Part shown: positions 1-7,028 of the stretch, in pieces
How the letters are laid out: the number at the start of each line of letters is the position of its first letter
How positions within the stretch are numbered: position 1 is the stretch's first letter
Source of the DNA: Escherichia phage saus132
DNA length: 64,000 bases
Strand: one strand, 5' to 3'
Sequence record: NC_047884.1
The notes under the pieces: generated by a model
What the model was told of the DNA's origin: nothing
The model's database searches: none
The model's input: the letters and a program-made list of their open reading frames with translations, nothing else
Position numbers and translations under genes: made by a program

Positions 1-70
1 AGTCACTCAGAATTGAACTGAGTTCCACTGCTTGCAAGGCAGTAAGTTTAACCAAATAACCTATGACCCC
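1..70 (-). tRNA. tRNA-Ala (anticodon UGC), partial; 3' acceptor end lies beyond window start
   Basis: Minus strand: acceptor GGGGTCA, U8, D stem GGTT/AACT, anticodon stem ACTGC/GCAGT with loop CTTGCAA, T arm CTCAG-TTCAATT-CTGAG; G3:U70 pair consistent with Ala identity. Confidence 0.6.
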
Positions 71-75
71 GAATT

Positions 76-154
76 TGGTGGAGAATAACGGAATCGAACC
101 GTTCTGATGTCCTCGGTGCAAGCGAGGTGTCCACTCCATGCAGACCCATTCCCC
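76..154 (-). tRNA. tRNA-like gene, anticodon UGC (Ala-type G3:U70), atypical G8 and 7-nt variable loop
   Basis: Minus strand: acceptor GGGGAAT/ATTCTCC, anticodon arm CCTCG-CTTGCAC-CGAGG, T arm AACGG-TTCGATT-CCGTT, encoded CCA. Confidence 0.45.
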
Positions 155-488
155 AAAATCTTTAAGTTTACTAAGGCTATTAGCTCGGTGTGCGTATTAC
201 CCTCAGACATTATCCAGTAGAGGATAACCGCTCTTCACAAACCCGATACACTATTCAGTTGCCGCTGAATCTAGTGGACTAATCTAGAACTTCTCCCGAG
301 TCGTAGGGATCGTGCTTTTTGGCAGCCAGTCCTAGGTCGAGCTAATACCTTAGTGAACTAAATTGATGGATATCAGACTAATTTTGCTACGGCGTTTATC
401 CTGAGGATCTCTTTTTCGGTAGCTCTGCTAGTGTAGACGTCATACACCTGATATCTAGGCAGCTATTTTCACATCAATTTATATAAAT

Positions 489-517
489 ATTATAACAAGA
501 AATTAAGCATTAAGCAA
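489..517 (-). promoter_or_regulatory. sigma70-type early promoter with conserved downstream UTR; drives ORF-free region and tRNA-Ala genes
   Basis: Minus strand -35 TTGCTT, 17-bp spacer, -10 TATAAT. Confidence 0.55.
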
Positions 518-869
518 GTACATTTTTAGCGATTTCTTGTAGTTCCTTAACGTCGCTAACGAAAAGGTAATCAGAGCTTCCAGAGTGCATACTCTGCATA
601 ACCACACCACCATCCGGTGCATCTTCTTTCAAAGTAATACCTAACCAGAACTTGGCAAAACTAGGTGTTACCTCACCTTGACTTGCCTTGAACACATCGC
701 CTTCTGTGATCTCTTGACCAGTGGAGAGTCCCATGTATGGTACGTTCAGATCAATATCTTTGTAGAACTCAGCTAGATCTTGCTCGAAATCCCAACCTTT
801 AGAGATAGCGAACTCCATTGTTACATGACCGAAATAGCCTTGAACCTTGCTTGATAATTGCATTTGCAA
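510..869 (-). CDS. hypothetical protein (119 aa)
   Basis: Clean ORF on the strand of flanking tRNA genes; no recognisable motif. Confidence 0.5.
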   Translation of the reverse strand: MQMQLSSKVQGYFGHVTMEFAISKGWDFEQDLAEFYKDIDLNVPYMGLSTGQEITEGDVFKASQGEVTPSFAKFWLGITLKEDAPDGGVVMQSMHSGSSDYLFVSDVKELQEIAKNVLA

Positions 870-888
870 TTCCTTATTTTGAGTTAAT

Positions 889-962
889 TGGTACTCGGTG
901 ATAGAATCGAACTATCGCAACCGCCGTGTAAAGACGGGGTTCTCCCATTAAACTAACCGAGC
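889..962 (-). tRNA. tRNA-Val (UAC)
   Basis: Acceptor GCTCGGT/ACCGAGT, anticodon arm CCGTC-TTTACAC-GGCGG, T arm GATAG-TTCGATT-CTATC, CCA encoded. Confidence 0.6.
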
Positions 963-1095
963 AAAAGACGTCCTATAATATAGGCTTCAACTACAAATTC
1001 ACAGAAACCTGCTAAAAACATACCTATTGTAAAATCGGCAGAGAATACATAGGAATCTTTTATTTTCTGCTTCATTAAGTAAAACCAGATAGTCA

Positions 1096-1413
1096 TTAAA
1101 ATCTCTCCATTCTAAAGCCAATGAAGTAAGGTGCATTACATGGAACATGCTTAAGATCTTTAAGAGTAATTTTACGTCCTAAGCGTCGTTCCATACAAGT
1201 GAAACATAGAACAATATCTTTGGGCTGCTCTTTTCTTATCTGATCCCAGACCCAATCTTCAACCATACACATTTCATGGTATTGTTCACAGTCTCGACAA
1301 TAGTGACACTGATGTTCTGGTACTTTTTGATTTTTAATACACAGTTCAGTAAAGCGTTTTCCGGCTCTGCCAGACATTTCTGATATTGTTTCTAGAACTT
1401 TGTTAATATTCAT
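1096..1413 (-). CDS. Cys/His-rich small protein (105 aa), probable zinc binding
   Basis: ORF with HxCHYCxxC and CFTC clusters. Confidence 0.5.
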   Translation of the reverse strand: MNINKVLETISEMSGRAGKRFTELCIKNQKVPEHQCHYCRDCEQYHEMCMVEDWVWDQIRKEQPKDIVLCFTCMERRLGRKITLKDLKHVPCNAPYFIGFRMERF

Positions 1414-1430
1414 AACAAATTCCTTTAAAT

Positions 1431-1509
1431 TGGTAGACCGCCTGGGACTCGAACCCAGAACCTTCCGGTTAAAAGCCGGGTGCTGCTAAACCAATTGAGC
1501 TAGCGATCT
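1431..1509 (-). tRNA. tRNA-Lys (UUU)
   Basis: Acceptor AGATCGC/GCGGTCT, anticodon loop CTTTTAA, T arm CTGGG-TTCGAGT-CCCAG, CCA encoded. Confidence 0.7.
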
Positions 1510-1511
1510 AT

Positions 1512-1676
1512 TTAGTACATATATACTTCTTTAATAGAGTAGACTTTTAAGTAAGGATGATTAATACCAAATTCCGCCATCACTTCGTTTTCATCTTTAC
1601 CGTAATGGGCTAGTGGATACTTCTTACGATCTTTGCTAGAACGTAGATCACTTACTTTTAAGCGAAATAATTTCAT
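1512..1676 (-). CDS. small hypothetical protein (54 aa)
   Basis: ATG with weak SD between two tRNA genes; hand-translated MKLFRLKVSDLRSSKDRKKYPLAHYGKDENEVMAEFGINHPYLKVYSIKEVYMY; below track cutoff. Confidence 0.3.
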   Translation of the reverse strand: MKLFRLKVSDLRSSKDRKKYPLAHYGKDENEVMAEFGINHPYLKVYSIKEVYMY

Positions 1677-1697
1677 TTCGAAATCCTTCTATTAAAT

Positions 1698-1775
1698 TGG
1701 AAGCGGGTGTAGGAATCGAACCTACCTCTTTCTAGCTTATGAGACTAGCGATCTCTACCAGAGATCTAACCCGCA
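1698..1775 (-). tRNA. tRNA with CAU anticodon (Met or Ile2)
   Basis: D stem GATC/GATC, anticodon arm CTAGT-CTCATAA-GCTAG, T arm GTAGG-TTCGATT-CCTAC, CCA encoded; 1-72 pair imperfect. Confidence 0.55.
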
Positions 1776-1781
1776 ATTGTT

Positions 1782-1859
1782 TGGTCTCCGTGGGAGGATT
1801 TGAACCCCCGACCCTACCGCCCCAAACGGAACGCTCTGGCCAAACTGAGCTACACGGAG
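1782..1859 (-). tRNA. tRNA-Pro (UGG)
   Basis: Acceptor CTCCGTG/CACGGAG, anticodon loop TTTGGGG (G37), T arm GGGGG-TTCAAAT-CCTCC, CCA encoded; one U-U mismatch in anticodon stem. Confidence 0.55.
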
Positions 1860-2336
1860 AATATTATCTTTTTAACCATAGTAAGGTTATACCTAACATG
1901 GTAAATCCAGTACCCAGCCCAATACTTTTTTCTATGAAATTGAAGGTATCAGTATTGACTGCGGTAATTAGTATAGGTATAGACCATAGTACCATGAATA
2001 CTTGAGCTATCTTATATTTCACTTTGCTTTCCTTCTTAACATTTTATAAGATATATTATACAGAGAATTAAGCAAAGTAGCAAATGAATTTTTAATAAAT
2101 TTACTTATTGCGTAGGCCACCTGGAGGGTTCAAGCCCCACGGCTGACAAAGAAGTTTGCGAGACTTCTCTTAAACGCCAGAATAGACCCGCCGATCTATC
2201 GGAACCTACTCAATAAGTAAACTTTCATTTACTTACACCTACCTGGTCGGGAGGATTTTCAGCGACTAGAACCGGCCGGAAACTCATCGCCTTGTTTATC
2301 TAGGAGTCCGTTCTCTAGGAAGCAGAAACCTAAATT

Positions 2337-2410
2337 TGGTGCGGTCGGAGGGAATCGAACCCTCAACTTCTGGTTGGCAACCAAAAATTATACCTTTTAA
2401 CTACGAACGC
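2337..2410 (-). tRNA. tRNA-Gly (GCC)
   Basis: Anticodon arm TTTGG-TTGCCAA-CCAGA, T arm GAGGG-TTCGATT-CCCTC, CCA encoded. Confidence 0.65.
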
Positions 2411-2608
2411 ATAATAAGTCAATCTAGGCAGGACTTGAACCTGCTATCACTTGTGCGGATTTACGAGAACCATTCTTTCACTCGAATCGAACGAGCTTCT
2501 ACCCTCGGCAAGCTGGTGTCCCCTCTCCACCACGCTAGAATGTTTGATAAAGAGTCCGGTGTAGCAATCCGTAAGGGTGCACCTACTGTAGCCTTTACTC
2601 TTTAAATT

Positions 2609-2685
2609 TGGTACACCCACTAGGACTTGAACCTAGAACCCTCCGCTTAAGAGGCGGTAGCTCTAACCATTGAGCTATGGATGTA
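2609..2685 (-). tRNA. tRNA with anticodon CUU (Lys-decoding); identity uncertain
   Basis: Acceptor ACATCCA/TGGGTGT, D stem GCTC/GAGC, anticodon arm ACCGC-CTCTTAA-GCGGA (27-43 mismatch), T arm CTAGG-TTCAAGT-CCTAG, CCA encoded. Confidence 0.5.
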
Positions 2686-2690
2686 TTATT

Positions 2691-2767
2691 TGGCGCGACC
2701 GATGGGATTCGAACCCACATTCTCTCCCGTGACAGGGGAGTACCATTACCAAGCCAGCCCCGATCGC
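2691..2767 (-). tRNA. tRNA-Asp (GUC)
   Basis: Acceptor GCGATCG/CGGTCGC, anticodon arm CTCCC-CTGTCAC-GGGAG, T arm GTGGG-TTCGAAT-CCCAT, CCA encoded. Confidence 0.75.
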
Positions 2768-2776
2768 ATAATTTGT

Positions 2777-2962
2777 TTACTCAGCTTTGAGTTTTTCGAT
2801 AGCTTCCTCAACCTCTTTTAGAGCTTCACGACGTGCATTCTGTTGCTGCATATCTTGAATTAATGTCAGTTTTTGGTTTTCAATTTCTTGATCCCAAACC
2901 TTAATATTATTAATCAGACTATCACGATCAGCTTCTAGTCGAGCAATTGCACGAGTTGTCAT
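2777..2962 (-). CDS. small coiled-coil protein (61 aa)
   Basis: ORF immediately upstream of a tRNA block, same strand. Confidence 0.4.
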   Translation of the reverse strand: MTTRAIARLEADRDSLINNIKVWDQEIENQKLTLIQDMQQQNARREALKEVEEAIEKLKAE

Positions 2963-3065
2963 ATCTATTTCCTCAGTTGTTAATGAAAAATGGTATCTGT
3001 GACTGAATTCGATATCAGCAATGATAGCTGGTTGGCTACCGGTTTACTTAACTCTACACAGAATT

Positions 3066-3143
3066 TGGCGGTTCCTGCTGGATTCGAACCAGCAACCCTC
3101 AACTTAACAAGATGCCGCTCTAACCAATTAGAGCTAAGGAACC
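3066..3143 (-). tRNA. tRNA-Asn (GUU)
   Basis: Acceptor GGTTCCT/AGGAACC, D stem GCTC/GAGC, anticodon loop TTGTTAA, T arm GCTGG-TTCGAAT-CCAGC; anticodon stem has mismatches. Confidence 0.55.
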
Positions 3144-3638
3144 ATATAAGTCAGAACTAGAGTTAATACGTTCTAGATATTTACTAAGATCCCTAGAATT
3201 TATACTAAACCACTCATGTTCTTTTAAGTCTTTGAAATATTGGTGAATTTGTTTTTCACCTTTTCGTTTGTCAAACCAAAACGACCAATGCTCTAGTTTA
3301 TAGTCCCTATAAGGACTATAAGTTTGATACTGAGCTAATCTCTCTTTTGGATTTTGACTCATACCTATTTTATACTGGTTTTTCCATGCAGGATTACTGA
3401 TACAGTATACAAAACCTTCAGAAATAGGAAGCTTATTTTCCTGTTTAAACTTTATAAAGGAAAGTGCGGCAAGTTTCCTCGAATACAGAGTATTTGTATT
3501 CTTTTTGGTATTACCACTGGTTCCTGAAAGATTTATATACTCTTCCATAAATCTTTGGATTAGTTCTGTGGTTATGTAGAAAGGCTCATTAGTAACAATG
3601 CCTTTCTCTACCAAGCTGTCAAAAACTTTTGTATGCAC
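3120..3638 (-). CDS. T5orf172-domain (GIY-YIG-like) protein, 172 aa
   Basis: Motif GFVYCISNP...YKIGMSQNPKERLAQY matches the T5orf172 consensus as recalled; 3' end overlaps tRNA-Asn by about 24 nt. Confidence 0.55.
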   Translation of the reverse strand: MHTKVFDSLVEKGIVTNEPFYITTELIQRFMEEYINLSGTSGNTKKNTNTLYSRKLAALSFIKFKQENKLPISEGFVYCISNPAWKNQYKIGMSQNPKERLAQYQTYSPYRDYKLEHWSFWFDKRKGEKQIHQYFKDLKEHEWFSINSRDLSKYLERINSSSDLYGSLALIG

Positions 3639-3659
3639 TACTTCTTTCCTTTAGTAATT

Positions 3660-3734
3660 TGGAGCATCCTGTTGGAATTGAACCAACCTAGACGATTTTG
3701 CAGACCGTCACCTAAGCCACTCGGACAAGGATGC
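3660..3734 (-). tRNA. tRNA-Cys (GCA)
   Basis: Acceptor GCATCCT/AGGATGC, anticodon arm ACGGT-CTGCAAA-ATCGT, T arm GTTGG-TTCAATT-CCAAC, CCA encoded. Confidence 0.65.
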
Positions 3735-3737
3735 AAA

Positions 3738-4010
3738 TTAATCTACTTCACACATATCATCATAGCCACAAGTTGGGCATTCCCAATGACATTCGTCATG
3801 CTCACCGCATTGAGCACATTCATAAATCTTTGGCTTTTCAACTTCTTCTAGATTAATAAATTCTAGATCATCGAAGTTACCAATGGATCTGGCATAGTAA
3901 CCATCGCCTGCGTCATAACCTGATTTACCACACTCACACATCTTAAACTCACGCAGATGTGTGAAGATATGTTCAGAGCCACAACACTTAAATTTAACTA
4001 ACTTTTTCAT
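3738..4010 (-). CDS. Cys-rich zinc-ribbon protein (90 aa)
   Basis: Several CxxC pairs (CCGSEH, CECG, CAQCG, CPTCG); early promoter immediately upstream. Confidence 0.5.
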   Translation of the reverse strand: MKKLVKFKCCGSEHIFTHLREFKMCECGKSGYDAGDGYYARSIGNFDDLEFINLEEVEKPKIYECAQCGEHDECHWECPTCGYDDMCEVD

Positions 4011-4038
4011 TTGCTTCTCCAGTTCAATTTATGTAATA

Positions 4039-4067
4039 ATTATACAGAACTTTAAGCGGTTAAGCAA
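4039..4067 (-). promoter_or_regulatory. early promoter cassette
   Basis: Minus strand -35 TTGCTT, 17 bp, -10 TATAAT. Confidence 0.55.
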
Positions 4068-4347
4068 CTACATTTTTCAGAAATATGATGCCTTTCTTTT
4101 TCTTCTTATACTTCCACGTTAACGGGTTCTGTCGATTATGAACGCTTGAGATCTTTGTCTCGTCAAAGTTCTTCAATACCATGTAATCACAGGCCAACTG
4201 TTCTAGTGGAATGTGATCTCCGTCAAAAGCGTAAACGTAAGGCTGTTGACTGGCACGATAATGATAGACTTTGTTAATTCTGCGTTTCAGTGACTTATCC
4301 GCACAGTAAATAAAGAAGTTTTCAGGATGCATCAGCATCTCCTTCAA
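4060..4347 (-). CDS. hypothetical protein (95 aa)
   Basis: ORF; no recognisable motif. Confidence 0.45.
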   Translation of the reverse strand: MKEMLMHPENFFIYCADKSLKRRINKVYHYRASQQPYVYAFDGDHIPLEQLACDYMVLKNFDETKISSVHNRQNPLTWKYKKKKKGIIFLKNVVA

Positions 4348-4349
4348 AT

Positions 4350-4424
4350 TGGTGCACCCTGTTCGAATTGAACGAACCTCTCAAGCTCTTCAGGCAAGCG
4401 CTAATCCATCTCAGCTAAAGGTGC
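4350..4424 (-). tRNA. tRNA-Phe (GAA)
   Basis: Acceptor GCACCTT/AGGGTGC, D stem GCTG/TAGC, anticodon loop CTGAAGA, T arm GTTCG-TTCAATT-CGAAC; two U-U mismatches in anticodon stem. Confidence 0.55.
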
Positions 4425-4430
4425 AAATAT

Positions 4431-4508
4431 TGGCAAACCTACTAGGACTCGAACCTAGACCGTACGGTTTTGGAGACCGACATGCTGTCCAGTAACACTC
4501 TAGGAATG
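4431..4508 (-). tRNA. tRNA-Trp (CCA); acceptor stem poorly paired
   Basis: Anticodon arm TCGGT-CTCCAAA-ACCGT, T arm CTAGG-TTCGAGT-CCTAG, CCA encoded; 5' boundary approximate. Confidence 0.45.
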
Positions 4509-4515
4509 CAGAAAT

Positions 4516-4592
4516 TGGCGTCCTGTGCGGGGATCGAACCCGCAAATCCTACCTTGAAAGGGTAGTGACTTTACCAGTTTGTCTAACAGGAC
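4516..4592 (-). tRNA. tRNA-Glu (UUC)
   Basis: Acceptor GTCCTGT/ACAGGAC, anticodon arm CTACC-CTTTCAA-GGTAG, T arm GCGGG-TTCGATC-CCCGC, CCA encoded. Confidence 0.8.
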
Positions 4593-4599
4593 TTAAATT

Positions 4600-4690
4600 T
4601 GGTGTTGGATGATGGAGTCGAACCACCCGAGACCCTTCCGAGTCGGCAGATTTACAGTCTACTTCGCTACCTCTACGATACTAATCCAAC
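4600..4690 (-). tRNA. tRNA-Tyr (GUA), long variable arm
   Basis: Acceptor GTTGGAT/ATCCAAC, anticodon arm GTAGA-CTGTAAA-TCTGC, long variable arm, T arm GGTGG-TTCGACT-CCATC, 91 nt with CCA. Confidence 0.75.
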
Positions 4691-4814
4691 ATATTTGAAT
4701 GAAAAGTAAGTCGGTTAAACTCAAGGTGGAATATTTCAGGATTTCCTGACTTTACCCCTAAAAGCAACTCGCTTAATTACTTCTCATTCAGATATGTTTC
4801 CAAATTAGATAAAT

Positions 4815-4843
4815 ATTATATCAAGTTTTAAGGCACTGAGCAA
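4815..4843 (-). promoter_or_regulatory. promoter for tRNA block Tyr-Glu-Trp-Phe; -35 overlaps a 12-bp-stem hairpin (4833-4871)
   Basis: Minus strand -35 TTGCTC, 17 bp, -10 TATAAT; inverted repeat GCACTGAGCAAG/CTTGCTCAGTGC. Confidence 0.5.
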
Positions 4844-4879
4844 GTCAAATTTTAAAGAACTTGCTCAGTGCTGTATCAG

Positions 4880-5173
4880 TTAATCAAATGAAGGAGTGAC
4901 TTTCAAAGTGAATGGAAGTTCGAATACCTCTTCACCTTCATCAGTAACAGTGACTACTCGACCCTCTAGCTTATTCATGCTGATTTCAACATCAGCCGTA
5001 GCATCAGGAGCCATACCAGCCTCAATACATTGAGCTTTGATCTCTGGAAGAAGTTCTACATTGTAGAAATAAAGCCACTCGATCTCACCTTCCCAACCAC
5101 CCCAGGATTTACATACTGAGCTTTCAATACCAGTTGCTGCAAAACGTTTTAACATTCTGATTCCTCTCATCAA
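4880..5173 (-). CDS. hypothetical protein (97 aa)
   Basis: ORF downstream of early promoter cassette. Confidence 0.5.
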   Translation of the reverse strand: MMRGIRMLKRFAATGIESSVCKSWGGWEGEIEWLYFYNVELLPEIKAQCIEAGMAPDATADVEISMNKLEGRVVTVTDEGEEVFELPFTLKVTPSFD

Positions 5174-5184
5174 CTTATATAACT

Positions 5185-5214
5185 ATTATAGCAGAAATCT
5201 TAAGCAAAAAGCAA
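5185..5214 (-). promoter_or_regulatory. early promoter cassette
   Basis: Minus strand -35 TTGCTT, 18 bp, -10 TATAAT. Confidence 0.5.
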
Positions 5215-5244
5215 GTACATTTTTAAAATTTCTGCTTGGAGGAG

Positions 5245-5517
5245 TTAAACTCCTGATTCTTCAGCCAGATCAAGCCCAACCAATGTGATTGCCATAATAG
5301 CCGCGCCATGTTCTTTCTCTCCTAGCTCTTTGGCTTGAGTGAGAATATTGAGGAATTGCTTTTGAAAATCTGCAACTTCTTCTGTCATGCCTGCTTCAGC
5401 AATAATTCCTTTCAGCATAAAGCGTTGTGCCGTAATTTCAGGATTAGCCATTTGTTTTCTCCAGTTATTTAGAATGTAAGCCAAACTTAGGATCATAGCG
5501 ATCGTAAGTAGTACCAT
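5245..5517 (-). CDS. hypothetical protein (90 aa)
   Basis: ORF; hydrophobic N-terminal segment. Confidence 0.45.
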   Translation of the reverse strand: MVLLTIAMILSLAYILNNWRKQMANPEITAQRFMLKGIIAEAGMTEEVADFQKQFLNILTQAKELGEKEHGAAIMAITLVGLDLAEESGV

Positions 5518-5602
5518 TAGTTGAAGCCTTGATGCTATGAAAACGACAATACATAAATTTACGCAGTGCTTTCTTAATAGCTTTCATTTTATTTCCTTAA
5601 TT

Positions 5603-5679
5603 TGGTAGGGGTGGTGGGATTCGAACCCACAAAACCTGAATTTTAAGTCCAGTACCTATGCCAATTCGATTACACCCCC
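5603..5679 (-). tRNA. tRNA with anticodon UAA (Leu-decoding) but short variable loop (type I)
   Basis: Acceptor GGGGGTG/CACCCCT, A73, anticodon arm CTGGA-CTTAAAA-TTCAG, T arm GTGGG-TTCGAAT-CCCAC, CCA encoded. Confidence 0.55.
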
Positions 5680-5687
5680 ATGTAATC

Positions 5688-6041
5688 TTAGCGAATCTCT
5701 AAACCCTGGAAATATCGAGGGAATGGAGAGCCAACTTCAAAATTGATGCCCCAGTTAAGTTCAACGAGTTCAGATTTATTAAGATCTAGGCCATTACCTT
5801 CAAAGATATAGCCGTAAACCGCAGGGAACATAGCTGCTAGATCTTCCATATCGGAATGAGCATTGTGTTCTTCACGTAACTGCTCAAACTCTTCAAAGAA
5901 CTTTTCTAGGAAGAACTCAGGTACGATGAACGTTACCACATCAGTAGAATCATCAGTACGATACACCGTAGCTTGGAACAAGCCAACACCTAAAAGGTTT
6001 ATTGCCGGAGTAGTAAAAATATCCATCTTAACCTCGCTCAA
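5688..6041 (-). CDS. hypothetical protein (117 aa)
   Basis: ORF; no recognisable motif. Confidence 0.45.
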   Translation of the reverse strand: MSEVKMDIFTTPAINLLGVGLFQATVYRTDDSTDVVTFIVPEFFLEKFFEEFEQLREEHNAHSDMEDLAAMFPAVYGYIFEGNGLDLNKSELVELNWGINFEVGSPFPRYFQGLEIR

Positions 6042-6213
6042 TGTCTAGAGAAATACCACATTCAGGATTAATACCAGAACCATTACAATATGTACAAACG
6101 TATGTATTATACCGTGTATCACCGGGTTCAGCATCGTTCCACTCACCTACTCCGAAGCATTTTGGGCAGGCACACTCTTCTAGCTCTTGCTTGAGTTCTT
6201 GAAATTTGGACAT
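6028..6213 (-). CDS. small zinc-finger protein (61 aa)
   Basis: CPKCFGVGEW and CTYCNGSG resemble DnaJ-type CxxCxGxG zinc finger repeats. Confidence 0.45.
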   Translation of the reverse strand: MSKFQELKQELEECACPKCFGVGEWNDAEPGDTRYNTYVCTYCNGSGINPECGISLDIERG

Positions 6214-6221
6214 ATAGTCTC

Positions 6222-6410
6222 CTAGTTAATTACTTTTGAGGCTTCTAAAGCATTGACGTAGTAAACGTCTTCTACTTTATACATATAGTCTACTACTTTG
6301 TCCATAGCATGTAGTTCAGATGTAGCCTTTACTAGTCTGTACCCTTGTTTAAACTCGTCCGAATGTTCTCTATCTTGTGCAAATTTAACAGAAACTATGA
6401 ATAATTCCAT
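6222..6410 (-). CDS. hypothetical protein (62 aa)
   Basis: ORF; no recognisable motif. Confidence 0.4.
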   Translation of the reverse strand: MELFIVSVKFAQDREHSDEFKQGYRLVKATSELHAMDKVVDYMYKVEDVYYVNALEASKVIN

Positions 6411-6429
6411 TAGTTGTCCTTATTTAATT

Positions 6430-6507
6430 TGGTGGCTCCCGGAGGATTCGAACCTACCTACCTTTCGCTTATGAGGCGACGGCTCATACCAAATGAGCTT
6501 GAGAACC
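6430..6507 (-). tRNA. tRNA with CAU anticodon (Met or Ile2), second copy
   Basis: Acceptor GGTTCTC/GGGAGCC, D stem GCTC/GAGC, anticodon arm GTCGC-CTCATAA-GCGAA, T loop TTCGAAT, CCA encoded. Confidence 0.6.
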
Positions 6508-6512
6508 AAATT

Positions 6513-6606
6513 TGGAGGAAGATGCCAGATTCGAACTGGCACACCGTGTCTCCACAGCTACTGGCTGTTTAGCAAACAGCTCCCTTACCTTTAGGGTTAA
6601 TCTTCC
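6513..6606 (-). tRNA. tRNA-Ser (GCU), long variable arm
   Basis: Acceptor GGAAGAT/ATCTTCC, anticodon arm GCTGT-TTGCTAA-ACAGC, long variable arm, T arm GCCAG-TTCGAAT-CTGGC, 94 nt with CCA. Confidence 0.8.
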
Positions 6607-6622
6607 AAATTTATGAATATAT

Positions 6623-6650
6623 TATATTAGAAATTTAGCTTCATGGCAAG
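6623..6650 (-). promoter_or_regulatory. promoter driving tRNA-Ser and tRNA(CAU)
   Basis: Minus strand -10 TATAAT plus conserved UTR-like sequence; -35 TTGCCA at suboptimal spacing. Confidence 0.45.
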
Positions 6651-7028
6651 AAAATTTTTCAAGTTTTCTGTATTCATTTCATCTAAATCCATGAGGGAAG
6701 TAAACCCATTTAGTTTTTTAGCAAAATTCTCACCAGCAGAATCATTATCGCCTACGGCTACTACTTTAAAAGGTTGTAATTTTAGCTGCTTTAGCAATGC
6801 TTTGCTAGGGGAAGATCCTAGCATTGCTAGTGCGGGATATCCCGCGTTGTGTAGTGCCACAGCTTTAAATACAGATTCTGCAACTAATACTAGGTCTTCA
6901 TTACCTGTAAGAGTTTCTAAACCCCATAGACATTGAGTAGAAGAATGCGTAAAATATTTAGCTTCAGAAGGACATTTTCCATGACCTTTAGCTGCACTAG
7001 GGTTATATGTTTGATATCCACGTAACAT
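6627..7028 (-). CDS. Toprim-domain protein (133 aa from first ATG); frame stays open upstream to an in-frame TAA at 7113-7115 that follows a 10-codon ATG-initiated leader
   Basis: Toprim-like Glu (LVLVAESVF) and DxD (VVAVGDNDSAGE) motifs; promoter and strong SD lie upstream of the ATG at 7143, not of the ATG at 7028. Confidence 0.5.
   Translation of the reverse strand: MLRGYQTYNPSAAKGHGKCPSEAKYFTHSSTQCLWGLETLTGNEDLVLVAESVFKAVALHNAGYPALAMLGSSPSKALLKQLKLQPFKVVAVGDNDSAGENFAKKLNGFTSLMDLDEMNTENLKNFLAMKLNF

Noticed and set aside
2096-2180. Plus-strand tRNA suggested by GGAGGGTTCAAGCCCC
   Set aside because: Only a 3-bp stem with a 6-nt loop; no acceptor, D or anticodon arms could be built.
1739-2605. 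Plus-strand ORFs 1739-2005 and 2336-2605 from the ORF track
   Set aside because: They overlap minus-strand tRNA genes and lack promoter or SD context; spurious frames.
5603-5679. Ochre suppressor tRNA that would explain the two in-frame TAA codons
   Set aside because: Anticodon reads UAA (decodes UUA/UUG), not UUA; no tRNA parsed in the window has a UUA anticodon.
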